The notes under the pieces are model-generated. The model was not told the DNA's origin, ran no database searches, and saw only the letters and a list, made by a program, of their open reading frames with translations. A stretch of 64,000 nt of DNA from assembly GCA_963762255.1 (NCBI GenBank), contig CAVXKA010000002.1:704001-768000 (forward strand), in the 5' to 3' direction. The position numbers and the translations under genes are program-made. Of the stretch, positions 11,214 through 22,346 are shown piece after piece. Origin of the DNA: Candidatus Eiseniibacteriota bacterium (GTDB lineage: Bacteria; Eisenbacteria; RBG-16-71-46; JABDJR01). The first letter of the stretch is position 1, and every line of letters starts with the position of its first letter.

Positions 11214-13157
11214 ATGATCCGACTCAACGACATCAGCTACTCCATCGGCAGGCGCGTCCTGTTCGAGGGGGTCCGCTGGGTCATCGCCCCCGGCGATCGC
11301 GTGGCTCTGATCGGGCCGAACGGCGCCGGCAAGACGACGCTGATCCGGGTCGCTCTGGGCGAACTCACCGCCGACTCCGGGACACGAGTGCTGTCGCGCG
11401 GCACCCGACTGGGCTACCTGCCGCAGGAGGCCGCGGAGCGGTTCGACGGCACGGTGCTGGACCGGGCCATGGAGGCCCACCGTTCGCTCTTGAACATGCG
11501 CGAGGAGTTGGATGCCTTGCATCAGCGGCTGGAGACGATCCAGGCCGACGATCCGGAGCTCGAGACCATCCTCGAGCGGGCGGGCGAGCTGCAGAGTCAC
11601 CTCGAGCTCCTGGACGAGCATTCCCTCGAGCCGGAAGCGCGGCGCGTCTTGTCGGGCCTCGGTTTCTCCAGCGAGGATCAGGATCGGCCGCTGGCGGAGT
11701 TCTCCGGCGGGTGGCGGATGAGAGCCGCGCTGGCCGCGCTTCTCCTGGCCGATCCGACGGTGCTGTTTCTCGACGAGCCGACGAACCATCTCGATCTGCC
11801 GGCCATGGAATGGCTGGAGGACTATCTGGTCGATTTCCACGGTGGGTTGGTGGTGGTTTCGCACGACCGGGTCTTTCTGGACCGGGTGACCGCGGGAATC
11901 CGCGAGCTGGAGCATGGGCTGACCGACTATCCGATGAAGTTCACCGAGTACCTGAACGAGAAGGAAAAGCGGCGGGAGCAAGCCGAGGCGCACAACGTCC
12001 AGGTGGAGCTGAAGGTGGCGCAGTTGAACCGCTTCGTCGAGCGATTCGGCGCGAAGAACACCAAGGCCACGCAGGCGCAGAGCAAGAGGAAGCAGATCGG
12101 GAAGCTCCTGGAGACCCGGAAGGTCATCCCTCGCAAGTCCAAGACGATCACGATCCGGTTCCCCGAGCCTCCGCACGCCGGCCGGATGCTGGTGAACTTG
12201 AAGGATGCGGCCGTCGGCTACGGCGAGAAGACGGTGGTCTCCGGCATCAACCTGACCTTCGAGAAAGGGAGCAAGGTGGCCATCGTCGGCGCCAACGGCG
12301 CGGGCAAGACCACGCTCTTGAAGCTCCTGGCCGGCCAGCTACCGGCTCAATCCGGCGAGAGACAAGTTTTCGATCTGACGCGGATGGCCTGGTTCGCCCA
12401 GCACGCAGCCGAAACACTCGACCGCTCCATGACGGTTCTCGAGGCCGTGGAGGACGTGGCGCCCGAAGCGTGGCGCCCGCGGCTCCGGTCGCTCCTGGGG
12501 AGCTTTCTCTTCTCGGGGGACGATGTCTTCAAGACCTGCGGCATTCTCTCCGGCGGCGAACGGCAGCGCGTGGCGCTCGCCCGAATCCTCGTCACGCCGG
12601 CCAACCTGCTCCTCCTGGACGAGCCGACCCATCATCTCGACATGGCAGGCAAGCAGGTTCTCGAAGAGTCGCTCGAGCAGTACCCGGGCGCGGTCATCGT
12701 CGTCACCCACGACCGGTCGCTGATGGCTCGGCTGGCCACGCGCGTCATTGAGGTCAATGACGGGAAGGCAGTCCTCTACCCCGGTGGCTACGAGGACTAT
12801 GAGGCGGCGCGGTTGGCGCGGAAGGCGGAGGCGGAGCGGGCTCCGGCGCGAACGGGCGATGGGGTGGCCGACGACGATAGGGGCACCGAGCTGCCCGCGC
12901 TCGGGCGCGGGCCCGCACCTTCGTCCGCACACCGCTCACGAAACCGCTCCGATCCCGGCGCGGCGAAGAAGGCCGCCAAGCTGGCGCAGATGGAGCGGGA
13001 GATCGAAACCCGCGAAGCCCGGCTGAGCGCGGTCGAGTCGGAGATGGCGGATCCCGCGGTCTACAGTCAGGGGACACGGATCAAGGAGCTGGTGGCGGAG
13101 CACCGAGGGCTGCTCGACGAACTGGAGTCGCTCTGGCGACAGTTGGACGGGCTATAG
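11214..13157 (+). CDS. ABC-F family ATP-binding protein
   Basis: Two ABC domains (GPNGAGKT/FSGGWRMR/LDEPTNHLD and GANGAGKT/LSGGERQR); no TM segments; C-terminal coiled coil. Confidence 0.95.
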   Translation: MIRLNDISYSIGRRVLFEGVRWVIAPGDRVALIGPNGAGKTTLIRVALGELTADSGTRVLSRGTRLGYLPQEAAERFDGTVLDRAMEAHRSLLNMREELDALHQRLETIQADDPELETILERAGELQSHLELLDEHSLEPEARRVLSGLGFSSEDQDRPLAEFSGGWRMRAALAALLLADPTVLFLDEPTNHLDLPAMEWLEDYLVDFHGGLVVVSHDRVFLDRVTAGIRELEHGLTDYPMKFTEYLNEKEKRREQAEAHNVQVELKVAQLNRFVERFGAKNTKATQAQSKRKQIGKLLETRKVIPRKSKTITIRFPEPPHAGRMLVNLKDAAVGYGEKTVVSGINLTFEKGSKVAIVGANGAGKTTLLKLLAGQLPAQSGERQVFDLTRMAWFAQHAAETLDRSMTVLEAVEDVAPEAWRPRLRSLLGSFLFSGDDVFKTCGILSGGERQRVALARILVTPANLLLLDEPTHHLDMAGKQVLEESLEQYPGAVIVVTHDRSLMARLATRVIEVNDGKAVLYPGGYEDYEAARLARKAEAERAPARTGDGVADDDRGTELPALGRGPAPSSAHRSRNRSDPGAAKKAAKLAQMEREIETREARLSAVESEMADPAVYSQGTRIKELVAEHRGLLDELESLWRQLDGL

Positions 13158-13294
13158 GTCCGCGGTAGACCCTTGCACGGGTGGGACAGATATCCCCTCG
13201 AAGGCCTCCAAGGGGTCGTGTAGGATTTCCCGACGATCGAGAGAGAGCCCGAACGACCTTCGGAGCCTCGGATTCCCCGAACAGGGTGCCTGGC

Positions 13295-14704
13295 ATGAAC
13301 GCATTGAAGGACATCTACGACAGCTCCCCCCGATTCCTCCAGGATCTTCATGTCAACGCCTTTGGAATCAGGAACCTGCCCAGGTTCAGGAAACGGGATC
13401 GACTGATCCGGGACATCGCCTTCACGGAACGGTTGGACCGGCAGCGCCAGATCGAGTACGTCGAGACGAAGCTGAAGGAGATCATCACCCACGCCGTCAC
13501 CCATGTCCCCTTCTACCGGCAGTTCTCCGGTCTCACGACGGACCTCGATCGCAGGAGCGTCTTCGAGGTTCTCAAAGAGCTTCCCATCACGAACAAGGAG
13601 ACGATCAATCGGGATCCTCGGGCGTTCCTGGCCGAGAATCAGAAGCCCGGCGTGATCTCGAGGACGTCGGGCACGACAGGGACCCCGTTTTCCGTCCACA
13701 TGGACCGGTATACGTTTCTTCTGACCGACGCCCTATGGTGGCGGCGAACTCTGTGGGCGGGCTACGAGAAGGGCGACTGGATCGCCCGACTTGTCGGAGA
13801 CCCCGTCATCCCCCTGAAGGTCAAAGACCCGGTCGAGCCGTGGCGGGTGTCCCACTTCGACCGGAGAATCTACTTCTCCACCTTCCACCTGACCAGGAAG
13901 ACGGCGGTCAGAATCGGGGAGTTCCTGAACCGGCGGAAGCCGGCGTTCGTCATGGGCTACCCCTCCTCGCTCGAAATCCTCTGCAATTACCTGAAGCAGG
14001 CGGGCTTCCGCAGGGACTGGAACCTCAAGAACGTGCTCTTCTCCAGCGAGCCGATGCACGCTCATCAGGAGCTCGTGATCCGCGAGGTCTTCCAATCGGG
14101 AATTCGGGGTTTGTATGGATCGGGCGAGCGTGTGGTTTCCGCCGCCCAATGCGATTTCGGCAACTATCACCTGTCTCTCGTGGACGGGTTCGTCGAGGGC
14201 CAGTTCGGGATCATGGACAGTGTGAAGCCCGCCGCCGTCACCACGCTGACCAACAAGCTCATGCCTCTTATCCGCTACCAGATCGGGGACGAAACCGAGC
14301 TGCAGCCGTCTCTGGCGTGTGCCTGCGGCCGCACACTGCCCGTCGTCTCCCCGGTGATCACCAAGCACGAGGACTACATCATCACGCCTTCGGGGAGAAG
14401 GATCGCTCCCAGCGCCGTCGTCTGGGCTTTCATCCACCAGGAGATCAAGGACATCAACAAGAGCCAGGTGGTGCAGGAGGACGAACGCACGGTCCGGGTC
14501 TATCTGGACACCGACGAGGAGAGCTTCCTCAAGTACCGAGACGTGTTGAAGCACTCCATGGTGGACGTGTTCTTCGGCGAGATGGGGGTGGACGTCGTTC
14601 GGGCCGACCATATCGATGTCCAGCAGTCAGGCAAGTCCCGCTTCATCGTCAACAAGTTGAGGCACAGGTTTCATGATGTATCGACCGGTGCCGACCCCGA
14701 GTAG
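13295..14704 (+). CDS. Phenylacetate-CoA ligase family protein (CapK-like)
   Basis: VPFYR, TSGTTGTP, GYPSSL, MPLIRYQIGD and SGKSRFI motifs. Confidence 0.85.
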   Translation: MNALKDIYDSSPRFLQDLHVNAFGIRNLPRFRKRDRLIRDIAFTERLDRQRQIEYVETKLKEIITHAVTHVPFYRQFSGLTTDLDRRSVFEVLKELPITNKETINRDPRAFLAENQKPGVISRTSGTTGTPFSVHMDRYTFLLTDALWWRRTLWAGYEKGDWIARLVGDPVIPLKVKDPVEPWRVSHFDRRIYFSTFHLTRKTAVRIGEFLNRRKPAFVMGYPSSLEILCNYLKQAGFRRDWNLKNVLFSSEPMHAHQELVIREVFQSGIRGLYGSGERVVSAAQCDFGNYHLSLVDGFVEGQFGIMDSVKPAAVTTLTNKLMPLIRYQIGDETELQPSLACACGRTLPVVSPVITKHEDYIITPSGRRIAPSAVVWAFIHQEIKDINKSQVVQEDERTVRVYLDTDEESFLKYRDVLKHSMVDVFFGEMGVDVVRADHIDVQQSGKSRFIVNKLRHRFHDVSTGADPE

Positions 14705-14728
14705 CCGCATGCCGAAGCGGGCGGATGG

Positions 14729-15751
14729 ATGAAGAAGATCCTCTTCGTCGGCGGGACCACGGGCGGCGGCGTCGCCACGATCAACAACGAGGTGATCAGG
14801 ATCTTCCGTGACGCCGGCTACGAGTACCGGCTCGTGGATACGGAGAAGATGAAGTCGCGCTGGCCGGCTCCGGTGGCCTATTTCCTCTCCTACGTCCTCA
14901 CCCTGGCCAAGATCGTCTCTTTCCGGCCCCGCGTCGTCTACCTGCAGATCGCCCAGACCGGCTATCTCCATCAGAGCCTGTTCCTGCTGATTGCCAAGCT
15001 CGCCCGCCGCGAGACGGTGGCCCACTTTCATGCGAAGTCGAATCTGCGGGGATCGTGCACTCCACAGCAATTCAGGAGGATCCTCTTCTCGGAGAGGTAC
15101 ATCGACCAGATGATCCTGCTGACCGAGCCGTGCCGGCGCTGCCTGATCGACGGCGGTTGGACCAAGCCGACCCATGTGGTTCCGAACTTCATCAGTGTCG
15201 AGGACTTGCCGTCGGAGTTTCGACCCGTGGGCGAGCGGCGGAAGTGCCTGTACATCGGTCGGATGGATTGGGAGAAGGGCATCTTTGAAGTCCTCAAGAT
15301 CGCGCGACGTCTGCCTGAGGAGCAATTCGTGTTTGTCGGCAACTTCGCCGACCCGGCACAGCAGGAGCGGTTCACGCGTGAGCTGCAGACGACGAGCAAC
15401 GCCAGTTGGCTGGGACCTCTCTACGGCCGCGACAAGTACAGCGTCATCGCCGCATCGAAGATCCTCGTGTTCCCGACGAGGAGGGACGAATTCCCCATGA
15501 CGCTCATCGAGGCCACCATCCTGGGTTGCGTCCCCCTCGTGAGTCCGGTGGGATCTGTAGGGGAGATCGTCAGAGACGGTTTCAACGGGGTGACCATCGA
15601 TCCGGATGACGTCGACGGCATCGTCCGCAAGATCCACGATCTCAGAGACGGTGAGCACCTGCAGCGGATGTCGGCGAACGGCATCGAGTACGCGCGAACC
15701 CACTTCACGAGCGATGCGGTGCGGGAGCGGATCCTGGGGATCGTAGGCTGA
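14729..15751 (+). CDS. GT4 glycosyltransferase
   Basis: YIGRMDWEKG; DEFPMTLIEA (Ex7E motif). Confidence 0.9.
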   Translation: MKKILFVGGTTGGGVATINNEVIRIFRDAGYEYRLVDTEKMKSRWPAPVAYFLSYVLTLAKIVSFRPRVVYLQIAQTGYLHQSLFLLIAKLARRETVAHFHAKSNLRGSCTPQQFRRILFSERYIDQMILLTEPCRRCLIDGGWTKPTHVVPNFISVEDLPSEFRPVGERRKCLYIGRMDWEKGIFEVLKIARRLPEEQFVFVGNFADPAQQERFTRELQTTSNASWLGPLYGRDKYSVIAASKILVFPTRRDEFPMTLIEATILGCVPLVSPVGSVGEIVRDGFNGVTIDPDDVDGIVRKIHDLRDGEHLQRMSANGIEYARTHFTSDAVRERILGIVG

Positions 15752-15752
15752 C

Positions 15753-16850
15753 ATGGTCAGAATCAACTTCATGGGCGACGTGATGTTCGCGGAGCTGCTG
15801 GAGACCTACCGGCGGGGCCTCGTCACCACCCTGGACCGCGAGGGAATCGATCCCTTCGAACACGCCCGGCCGGCGCTGGAGCGGGGCGACCTCAACGTCA
15901 TCAACCTCGAATGCGTCCTCAGCGATCGGTCCCGGCTCCACAAGCCGTTCGCGAACATCCTGATCTCTCCGGAGCGATACCTCAGGTTCCTGGTCGACAA
16001 CCGGATCAACGTCGTCACCACCGCCAACAACCACGCCCTCGATCACGGGATCGAGGCCTTGGGGCACTCGATCGAGCTGCTCGGATCCCATGGGATCGCG
16101 GTGATGGGCTACCAGCCGGGCGACTACTTCCAGCGCGCGCCGGTCGTCCTGGAAGTGAAGGGGCGGAAGGTCGGATTCCTCGGCTACAACATCTCCAACT
16201 TCCCCATCGATGACAAACGCAAGGTCGTCGACAGGATCAAGAGCACGATTGCAGAGTCGCGCGGTTCGGCGGACACGCTGGTCGTCTCGATGCACTGGGG
16301 GGAGGAGTACTCCAACATACCGCCCCCCTACGTCATCCGGTTCGGGCGGGAGATCCTGGACGCCGGCTGCGACATCCTGCACGGGCACCACTCGCACCAG
16401 ATCCAGGGCGTGCTGCAGGACCGGAACCGGATCTTCGCACCCAGCCTCGGCAATTTCGTGTTCGACCAGATGATCGGGCCGAACCGGATCACCGCGATCC
16501 TGAGCGTTGCCGTGGGTGAGGATTCCCTGGCCTACGAGTACCTGCCGTACTACCTCAACCGCCGCTTCCAACCCGAACCCGCCCCGAGATACGGGGCATA
16601 TATCGAGGAGATCAACCGCTATCTGGCGGAGAGCTACACAATCGGAAGCGAGGAGCGGTACGCGCAGAGAATCGCTTCTCGGGTGCGGGACGGGCACCGC
16701 CGGAACCGAATCAGGATGCGGCTCAAGATGCTGGGCCACTTCTGGACCTACCTCCCCTATCGGAAGGAGATCCAGGAGTTCCGCGCCAGGCGAATGAAGC
16801 TCTTCTCCGTGATCCACGGTGAGGAGAGCCTGCCGAAGCGCCAGCCCTAG
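15753..16850 (+). CDS. CapA family metallophosphoesterase
   Basis: GDVM, NLEC, ANNHALDHG, SMHWGEEY, GHHSH and SLGNFVFDQ motifs. Confidence 0.9.
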   Translation: MVRINFMGDVMFAELLETYRRGLVTTLDREGIDPFEHARPALERGDLNVINLECVLSDRSRLHKPFANILISPERYLRFLVDNRINVVTTANNHALDHGIEALGHSIELLGSHGIAVMGYQPGDYFQRAPVVLEVKGRKVGFLGYNISNFPIDDKRKVVDRIKSTIAESRGSADTLVVSMHWGEEYSNIPPPYVIRFGREILDAGCDILHGHHSHQIQGVLQDRNRIFAPSLGNFVFDQMIGPNRITAILSVAVGEDSLAYEYLPYYLNRRFQPEPAPRYGAYIEEINRYLAESYTIGSEERYAQRIASRVRDGHRRNRIRMRLKMLGHFWTYLPYRKEIQEFRARRMKLFSVIHGEESLPKRQP

Positions 16851-16890
16851 TCCGGGGAGGGCCGGGCGAGAGCCGGGCCGCCGGCGCGAG

Positions 16891-17964
16891 CTACCCGCGC
16901 TTGAGCACTTCCAAGTAGATCTCCGAGGCCCGCTCGATCATCCTCGCCACCGAGAACTCCGTTTCGATCCGCTTCCGTCCGGCTTGACCCATGGCGAGCG
17001 CCTTCTCCCGGTTCGCTTCGAGCCAGAGGAGCTTCTCGACGAGGGCGTCCGCGTCGGACGGCGGGATCAGGAAACCCGTGACCCCGTCGATCACCAGCTC
17101 CCTGTTCCCTCCCTGGTCGGTGCATACCACCGGAAGGCCGGCGGCCATGTATTCCATGATGCTATTGGATAGCCCTTCACCATAGGTCGACAGGAGAACG
17201 CCTACGCGGGCGCAATCGTAGTGGTCCAAGACCTCGGGTGCGCGCCCGGGAAAGAAGAACCGGCCCGCCTCGATCATGTCCGAGGCTGAGGACACCAGAA
17301 CGTCGAAATCCGGTCCGTTCCCGAGGGCGGTGAAGATGGCGACGGATTGCCGGCCGGCCACGATCTTTCTCGCGGCTTGGACGAACATGGGGAAGTCCTT
17401 GCGATCGTCCATCGTGGCGGTCATGACGACGTGAAACGAGTCGCTGGGGTGAGTACCGCGGCCGGCACGTTCCAGGCGCTTTGGGTCGAATCCGTTGTAG
17501 AGGACCCGGCCGCGGTCGGGCGCGACGCCGAAGGCCGCCAGACCGGCCCTGCTGTTGGCGATCGTCAGGTTCCCCAGCGAGCTGGCGATCTTCAAGTGCA
17601 AGGCCCTGCGCGGCGGAATCATCCCGCGTCGAATCACGCCCGAGACATGGGGAAGCCTCCACCGCTTGCAACAGATCTCGGCCGCGAAGGACGACATCCA
17701 ACCCCAGGAATGCACGACATCGGGCTTCAGCCCGCCCATCTCGTTCCAGAGGGGGACGATTGGAGAGATGTCGAGCCGGAACTTTCGCGGGGAGATGACC
17801 AGGGGGATTCCGGCGTCCCGCAGTTCCCGTGCGAACAAGCCGCCTTCCAACGCGAAGACGGACACCTCCCACGGGTCGCGCAGGGAGGTGGCCAGAAGCG
17901 TCAACTGCCGCTCCGCGCCCCCCCCACCGAGACTGTCGCAGACCATCAGGATTCTCTTCGGCAC
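16891..17964 (-). CDS. GT4 glycosyltransferase
   Basis: [16 protein letters not shown] and [18 protein letters not shown] motifs. Confidence 0.9.
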   Translation of the reverse strand: MPKRILMVCDSLGGGGAERQLTLLATSLRDPWEVSVFALEGGLFARELRDAGIPLVISPRKFRLDISPIVPLWNEMGGLKPDVVHSWGWMSSFAAEICCKRWRLPHVSGVIRRGMIPPRRALHLKIASSLGNLTIANSRAGLAAFGVAPDRGRVLYNGFDPKRLERAGRGTHPSDSFHVVMTATMDDRKDFPMFVQAARKIVAGRQSVAIFTALGNGPDFDVLVSSASDMIEAGRFFFPGRAPEVLDHYDCARVGVLLSTYGEGLSNSIMEYMAAGLPVVCTDQGGNRELVIDGVTGFLIPPSDADALVEKLLWLEANREKALAMGQAGRKRIETEFSVARMIERASEIYLEVLKRG

Positions 17965-18117
17965 CGGCGGAGGGTAACGCGAAGCCCTCGGCTAAGCAAC
18001 GAGGCCGACCCCGCTCGTGGTCCTGGTGGCGCCCGGGGAGAGGCTGGGCGGTCGGCCTTTTCCCGGGATGAGAAACCGGACAAATGCAGTAGTGTTTACC
18101 TACGCGGGAGGAAGCCA

Positions 18118-18726
18118 ATGGGTCGGAAGCTGGTGAGAATCTTCGGAGTGGTGGTTGTGGCCGGAGCCGCCCTGGCGCTGCTCCGAATCGTACCTGGCCG
18201 ATCAGGGGAGACGCAGATGAGCAATGAGAGCGAGAGGAACGACGCCGGCGCGAAGACGGCCAAGCCACCGAAGGATGAGCTCAAGCGCACGCTCGATCCC
18301 CTTCAGTACCAAGTCACCCAGGAGTGCGGCACCGAGCCGGCGTTCCACAATGCCTACTGGGACAACCACGAGCCCGGCATCTACGTGGATGTGGTATCGG
18401 GTGAGCCGCTCTTCAGCTCGTTGGACAAGTTCGACTCCGGAAGCGGCTGGCCGAGTTTCACGCGCCCCTTGATCCAGGAAAACGTCACCGAGCACGGGGA
18501 CGTCTCGTTCGGGATGCGGCGCACCGAGGTCCGCTCGCGGGAAGCCGACTCGCACCTCGGCCACGTCTTCGACGACGGACCCGGACCGGAGGGGCTCCGC
18601 TACTGCATCAACTCCGCGTCTCTCCGGTTCATCCCGGTGGACAGCCTGGAGGCACTGGGCTACGGAGCGTATCTCGCACTGTTCCGTGCCGACTCGGTCG
18701 GGGCGGGGCCGGACGAATCCCGGTAG
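18118..18726 (+). CDS. msrB: Peptide-methionine (R)-S-oxide reductase with N-terminal signal/anchor
   Basis: [27 protein letters not shown] and RYCINSASL motifs. Confidence 0.95.
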   Translation: MGRKLVRIFGVVVVAGAALALLRIVPGRSGETQMSNESERNDAGAKTAKPPKDELKRTLDPLQYQVTQECGTEPAFHNAYWDNHEPGIYVDVVSGEPLFSSLDKFDSGSGWPSFTRPLIQENVTEHGDVSFGMRRTEVRSREADSHLGHVFDDGPGPEGLRYCINSASLRFIPVDSLEALGYGAYLALFRADSVGAGPDESR

Positions 18727-19592
18727 GTCGGGCTCGACAGCACTTCCTCGCACGTCCCCCACCGGTACTCGCGCAGCAGCGCGCGCAGCTTCCGCTCGGT
18801 CGTGTTGAGACCCACGGTGCACTTGAACCGCCGCACGAGCGGCATCGGAACGCGGGGGGCGTCCGAGGCGAAGTCGCGGGGATGAAGGTAGACAACGGTA
18901 GGCCGTCCTGCCGCAGACTCCCGGCGGATGCCGTGCCGGATGAGCGACAGCGGCAAGAGCCGCAGGTATCCACCGCCGCTATAGCAGACCCGCGCACCAC
19001 CCAGGCTCGCGACAGAGATCGGCAACTCCCGCAGGGTCCGTCCGCTGGGAGCGGTGATGGTGTGCGGCCCGCGCGGGCATGGATAGCCGCCGTGACCCCG
19101 GGGCGCCGGGAAGAGGCTCGAGTCGTAGGTCAGGCCGGCGTCCAGCAGCGTGTCGAATGCCCACTCGGTGCCGGGCGTGATCGAGAACGACGGCGCGCGA
19201 AAGCCGCGGATGACAATGCCGGGGCCGGCCGCCGCTCGGATCGCATCAAGCGACTCGCGCAGGTCCGCGGCGAACGCCGCCGGCGTCAGGTCGTAGATCT
19301 TGCGGTGCCAATACGAGTGCGTACCGATCTCGTGCCCCGCCTCCGCGATCCGGCGGATCAGCGCCGGGTGCCGCTCCGCAACCCACCCGAGCACGAAGAA
19401 CGTCGCGCGCGTTTCGTGCTCGGCGCACACGCGCAGGATCAGGTCGGTGTACCGCTCGACGATCGACGACTCGTCGCTCAAGCGCGGCCAGTCGGCCGGG
19501 TCGCGAACGGCCTCGATCTCGACCAAGTGAAACCAGTCCTCGATGTCGAACGACAGCGCGTGCATGGGCTCGGCGGGTGGGGTCGCGTTCAT
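18660..19592 (-). CDS. Polysaccharide deacetylase (NodB-like)
   Basis: [44 protein letters not shown] and YLHP motifs. Confidence 0.9.
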   Translation of the reverse strand: MNATPPAEPMHALSFDIEDWFHLVEIEAVRDPADWPRLSDESSIVERYTDLILRVCAEHETRATFFVLGWVAERHPALIRRIAEAGHEIGTHSYWHRKIYDLTPAAFAADLRESLDAIRAAAGPGIVIRGFRAPSFSITPGTEWAFDTLLDAGLTYDSSLFPAPRGHGGYPCPRGPHTITAPSGRTLRELPISVASLGGARVCYSGGGYLRLLPLSLIRHGIRRESAAGRPTVVYLHPRDFASDAPRVPMPLVRRFKCTVGLNTTERKLRALLREYRWGTCEEVLSSPTYRDSSGPAPTESARNSARYAP

Positions 19593-20245
19593 GGGGCGGC
19601 CGGAGCGATGTCGAGGGTCACGAAGTAGTCTCTGGCGATGCGCTCGATCCGAACACGGCCGGGGTCGTACCCGGCGAACAACTCTTTCAGATGAGCACGG
19701 CTGTACAGGAACAGATCGCACCGGTTGCGGTAGCGCACCCGGCGCTGCCAGGCGAGGAATCCCCCGGCGGCAGGAAAGCTGAACATCACGCGGCGTCGCG
19801 CCAGCGAGGCCGCGCGCTCGATGACCGTCTTCGGGTCAGCCATGTAATCCATGAACCCTGTGAGGATGACGTAGTCGAAGGTCTCCCGGAACGGGTGGGT
19901 CAAGAAGTCGCCCAGCACGAACTCGCAGGGCGGCACGACGCCCGCTTCGGTGGCGTGTCGGCGGGCGACGCCAAGCATGCCCTCCGCGAAGTCGATCCCG
20001 AGGACGCGCCCCGCGCCGCGACGGGCGAACGTGATCGCGTAATGACCCGGTCCGGTCCCGACGTCGAGGACCGAGCGCCCCGCGACCGGATCGCAGGCGG
20101 CGACGGATCTCTCGAACCTCAGGCGCACGGACTTGCGCAGGTGCCGGTTCAAGAGCCGGTTGAGGAACGTGTTCTTGTTGCCGTAGATCGCGTCAAAGTC
20201 GCCGGCGTAGGAGTCGAAGAACTCGGACACGCTCGTCTTGACCAT
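19589..20245 (-). CDS. Class I SAM-dependent methyltransferase
   Basis: VLDVGTGPG and GIDFAEGML motifs. Confidence 0.85.
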   Translation of the reverse strand: MVKTSVSEFFDSYAGDFDAIYGNKNTFLNRLLNRHLRKSVRLRFERSVAACDPVAGRSVLDVGTGPGHYAITFARRGAGRVLGIDFAEGMLGVARRHATEAGVVPPCEFVLGDFLTHPFRETFDYVILTGFMDYMADPKTVIERAASLARRRVMFSFPAAGGFLAWQRRVRYRNRCDLFLYSRAHLKELFAGYDPGRVRIERIARDYFVTLDIAPAAP

Positions 20246-20342
20246 GGTTGCCCTTCTGCTCCTTGAGGCACAGACGCTTGAGGGATTCTAGCGCGCATGC
20301 GGCACGAAGAAGAACTCGTTCAAGTGCCGGCGTTGCCCGAGC

Positions 20343-20843
20343 CTACCTGCGCACGGGGGATTCCATCGAGCCCTTGCCGCGTCCGAGGCGGTTCACGGCT
20401 CGCTTCTGAAGCAGGTGGAAGGCGAATCCGAACACGCTTCCGACCACCAGGGACACTCCCAGGAAGGCGATGACGTCGGCCGCTCGGCCAGTGATGGTGA
20501 AGAAGAGGAACCGGATGTCGTCGGTGACAAATCGCATGCCGGTTGTGTACGAGATCGAGAAACGCACGACCCCCCACAGGAGCAGCCCGAAGACGGCGCC
20601 TATGCCAAGGGCACGGTTGGGCGTTGTCATGAAGCGTCCGAGACTCACTCCGAATAGCATTCCGATGATGCCCGAGGGAATCACGACCACGAGTCCCAAC
20701 ACCGTGGCCGGCCAGTCGGAGCGGCGGGTCATCGCGGCGACAAGCACGTGGAAGGCTGCCGCGGCCAACCCGAAGAGAATCCCGACCAGGCATCCCAGGG
20801 ACGCGCGTCTCTCGCTGCTAGCCGGGGTTGGGTCGGGCTCCAT
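20343..20843 (-). CDS. Hypothetical membrane protein (about 4 TM helices)
   Basis: ATG at 20843 after a GGGGAG SD; four hydrophobic segments. Confidence 0.6.
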   Translation of the reverse strand: MEPDPTPASSERRASLGCLVGILFGLAAAAFHVLVAAMTRRSDWPATVLGLVVVIPSGIIGMLFGVSLGRFMTTPNRALGIGAVFGLLLWGVVRFSISYTTGMRFVTDDIRFLFFTITGRAADVIAFLGVSLVVGSVFGFAFHLLQKRAVNRLGRGKGSMESPVRR

Positions 20844-20902
20844 TCGTACTCCCCTCTCTGCGCGCACGGCCGGATCGAGTGCGGGCACGCGTTCGTCTTG
20901 AG

Positions 20903-21170
20903 CTACGGCAAGAACTTCTCCGGGTGCGCGAGCTTCTCCGGCAGATAGGTCTCGATCACGTAGTTGAGCCCATGCTTGGCCAGCGCCTGCTGCTCGGCGC
21001 GCACCTCCATGCGGATCAACTGCTCCAGCGCCCGCTGCCACTCACGATGGTGCTGCACGAACGGATCGTTCTTGATCGCGTCCCGCGCGCGCTTGACGTC
21101 CACATCGGTCAACGGATGCGTCGGCAGCTCGTAGTCGATGATGTCCTGCGGCGTCACCCCAAGGAACCGC
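20903..21170 (-). pseudogene. Duplicated 3' end of top6A (left direct repeat)
   Basis: Encodes RFLGVTPQDIIDYELPTHPL...PEKFLP*; aligns with 31244-31510 with about 19 substitutions and 1 indel by manual count. Confidence 0.95.
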
Positions 21171-21196
21171 CTTCGCGACAGATAGGCCGTGCGGCC

Positions 21197-22330
21197 TCAA
21201 GTCCCGGCCGCTGCCGCCAATGCCCCCTGCCGAGCCTGCACGAGGCGGAAGAAATCCCAGGTCATGAACACGTACGGGGATTCCTCGCCGCCGCGATCCT
21301 GCGGGTGCCAGACGAGGCCGAGGTGGATGTTGCGGCGCGGATGGAGCAGCAAACCCAACCCGGTACCCATGTCCTCGCGAAACGTGGCGGTGACGGAGGC
21401 GCCCAGGTAGTTCTGGCCCGAGTCGCCGGTGTAGCGCAGGTGGCCGAGCAGCTCCAGGTTCACGACCCCCTTCCCGCGGATGTCCTGCCAAGTGAGGGTG
21501 GAGAGCTCAACGCCCAACCCCGGGTGTAGCAGAATCCACTGGGCCCGGGGCGGGTGCAGGGCGTCGAAGGAGAGGACGACGCCGTTAACCAGCGATTCCC
21601 AGGGGTACTGCGAGTAGCCGCTGGTGAGGTAGTTCTCCCAGCGGGCGTCCGCGGCGACGATCTCGTGCAAGGCTACATCCTTGACGGGCAGAAGGAAGTC
21701 GTCCAGCACCGCCGCCACGGCGTCGCCGCGCAGACGCAGATCGAGTGCGGTCTCCGGCTCCACCAGCAGTCGGATACTGTCATCATCGGTGTATTCCCAC
21801 ACCGTGAACCTGTCAGTCGAGCCAGAAAAGTAGCTCAACCCTTCGAGCGGCTTGTCCGGAAGCAACGACCTATTGTTGTACCGCAGGCTGCCAGACATGA
21901 CGCTGCGGCGCTTGAGCGTCAGCTTCTGAGCCGGGCCACCGGTGGCCGCGACCGCGGCCGCGAAGTCGGTCACCACGGAATCGAAGTGGGCAGCGAATGC
22001 GGCGAAGATCGCGGGGTCAGCCTGGCTGGGGGCTGTGCCGTCGCGGTAGCGATCGGCAAGGGCCCGCAAAATGGCCAGGTAGTCATCGCGGGCGAGTTCA
22101 TCCGCGAACTCCGCAAGGATCTGCGTGCGGTAACGGGGATCCTGGTCCACGTGCGCTGCCTGCGCCCAATCCGCCACAGGGGCCGCCCAATACTGTGGCA
22201 GCAAGTCGCTCTCCGCGACGACGGTCGCCGCGTGGGTGGCGAAAGGCACGACCACTAAGAGCGCGAGCAGGAGAGCGACCCGCACGGCGCGGATCGCTTT
22301 GACATCCAACGTCATCACGCGTCCAGCCAC
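21197..22330 (-). CDS. Secreted hypothetical protein, possibly with a beta-rich C-terminus
   Basis: Signal peptide ending ATHA; GGAGGGAG SD upstream; alternating strands in the C-terminal third. Confidence 0.65.
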   Translation of the reverse strand: MAGRVMTLDVKAIRAVRVALLLALLVVVPFATHAATVVAESDLLPQYWAAPVADWAQAAHVDQDPRYRTQILAEFADELARDDYLAILRALADRYRDGTAPSQADPAIFAAFAAHFDSVVTDFAAAVAATGGPAQKLTLKRRSVMSGSLRYNNRSLLPDKPLEGLSYFSGSTDRFTVWEYTDDDSIRLLVEPETALDLRLRGDAVAAVLDDFLLPVKDVALHEIVAADARWENYLTSGYSQYPWESLVNGVVLSFDALHPPRAQWILLHPGLGVELSTLTWQDIRGKGVVNLELLGHLRYTGDSGQNYLGASVTATFREDMGTGLGLLLHPRRNIHLGLVWHPQDRGGEESPYVFMTWDFFRLVQARQGALAAAAGT

Positions 22331-22346
22331 AGTCTCCCTCCTCGAC

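Noticed and set aside
18660-18726. Convergent 3' overlaps (msrB/deacetylase; also 6996-7069) as antisense regulation
   Set aside because: Short tail overlaps are common in GC-rich genomes where stop codons are scarce.
20903-21157. 84 aa ORF as an independent gene
   Set aside because: It is the duplicated top6A C-terminus, lacking the catalytic Tyr and the TOPRIM acidic residues, with no clear SD.
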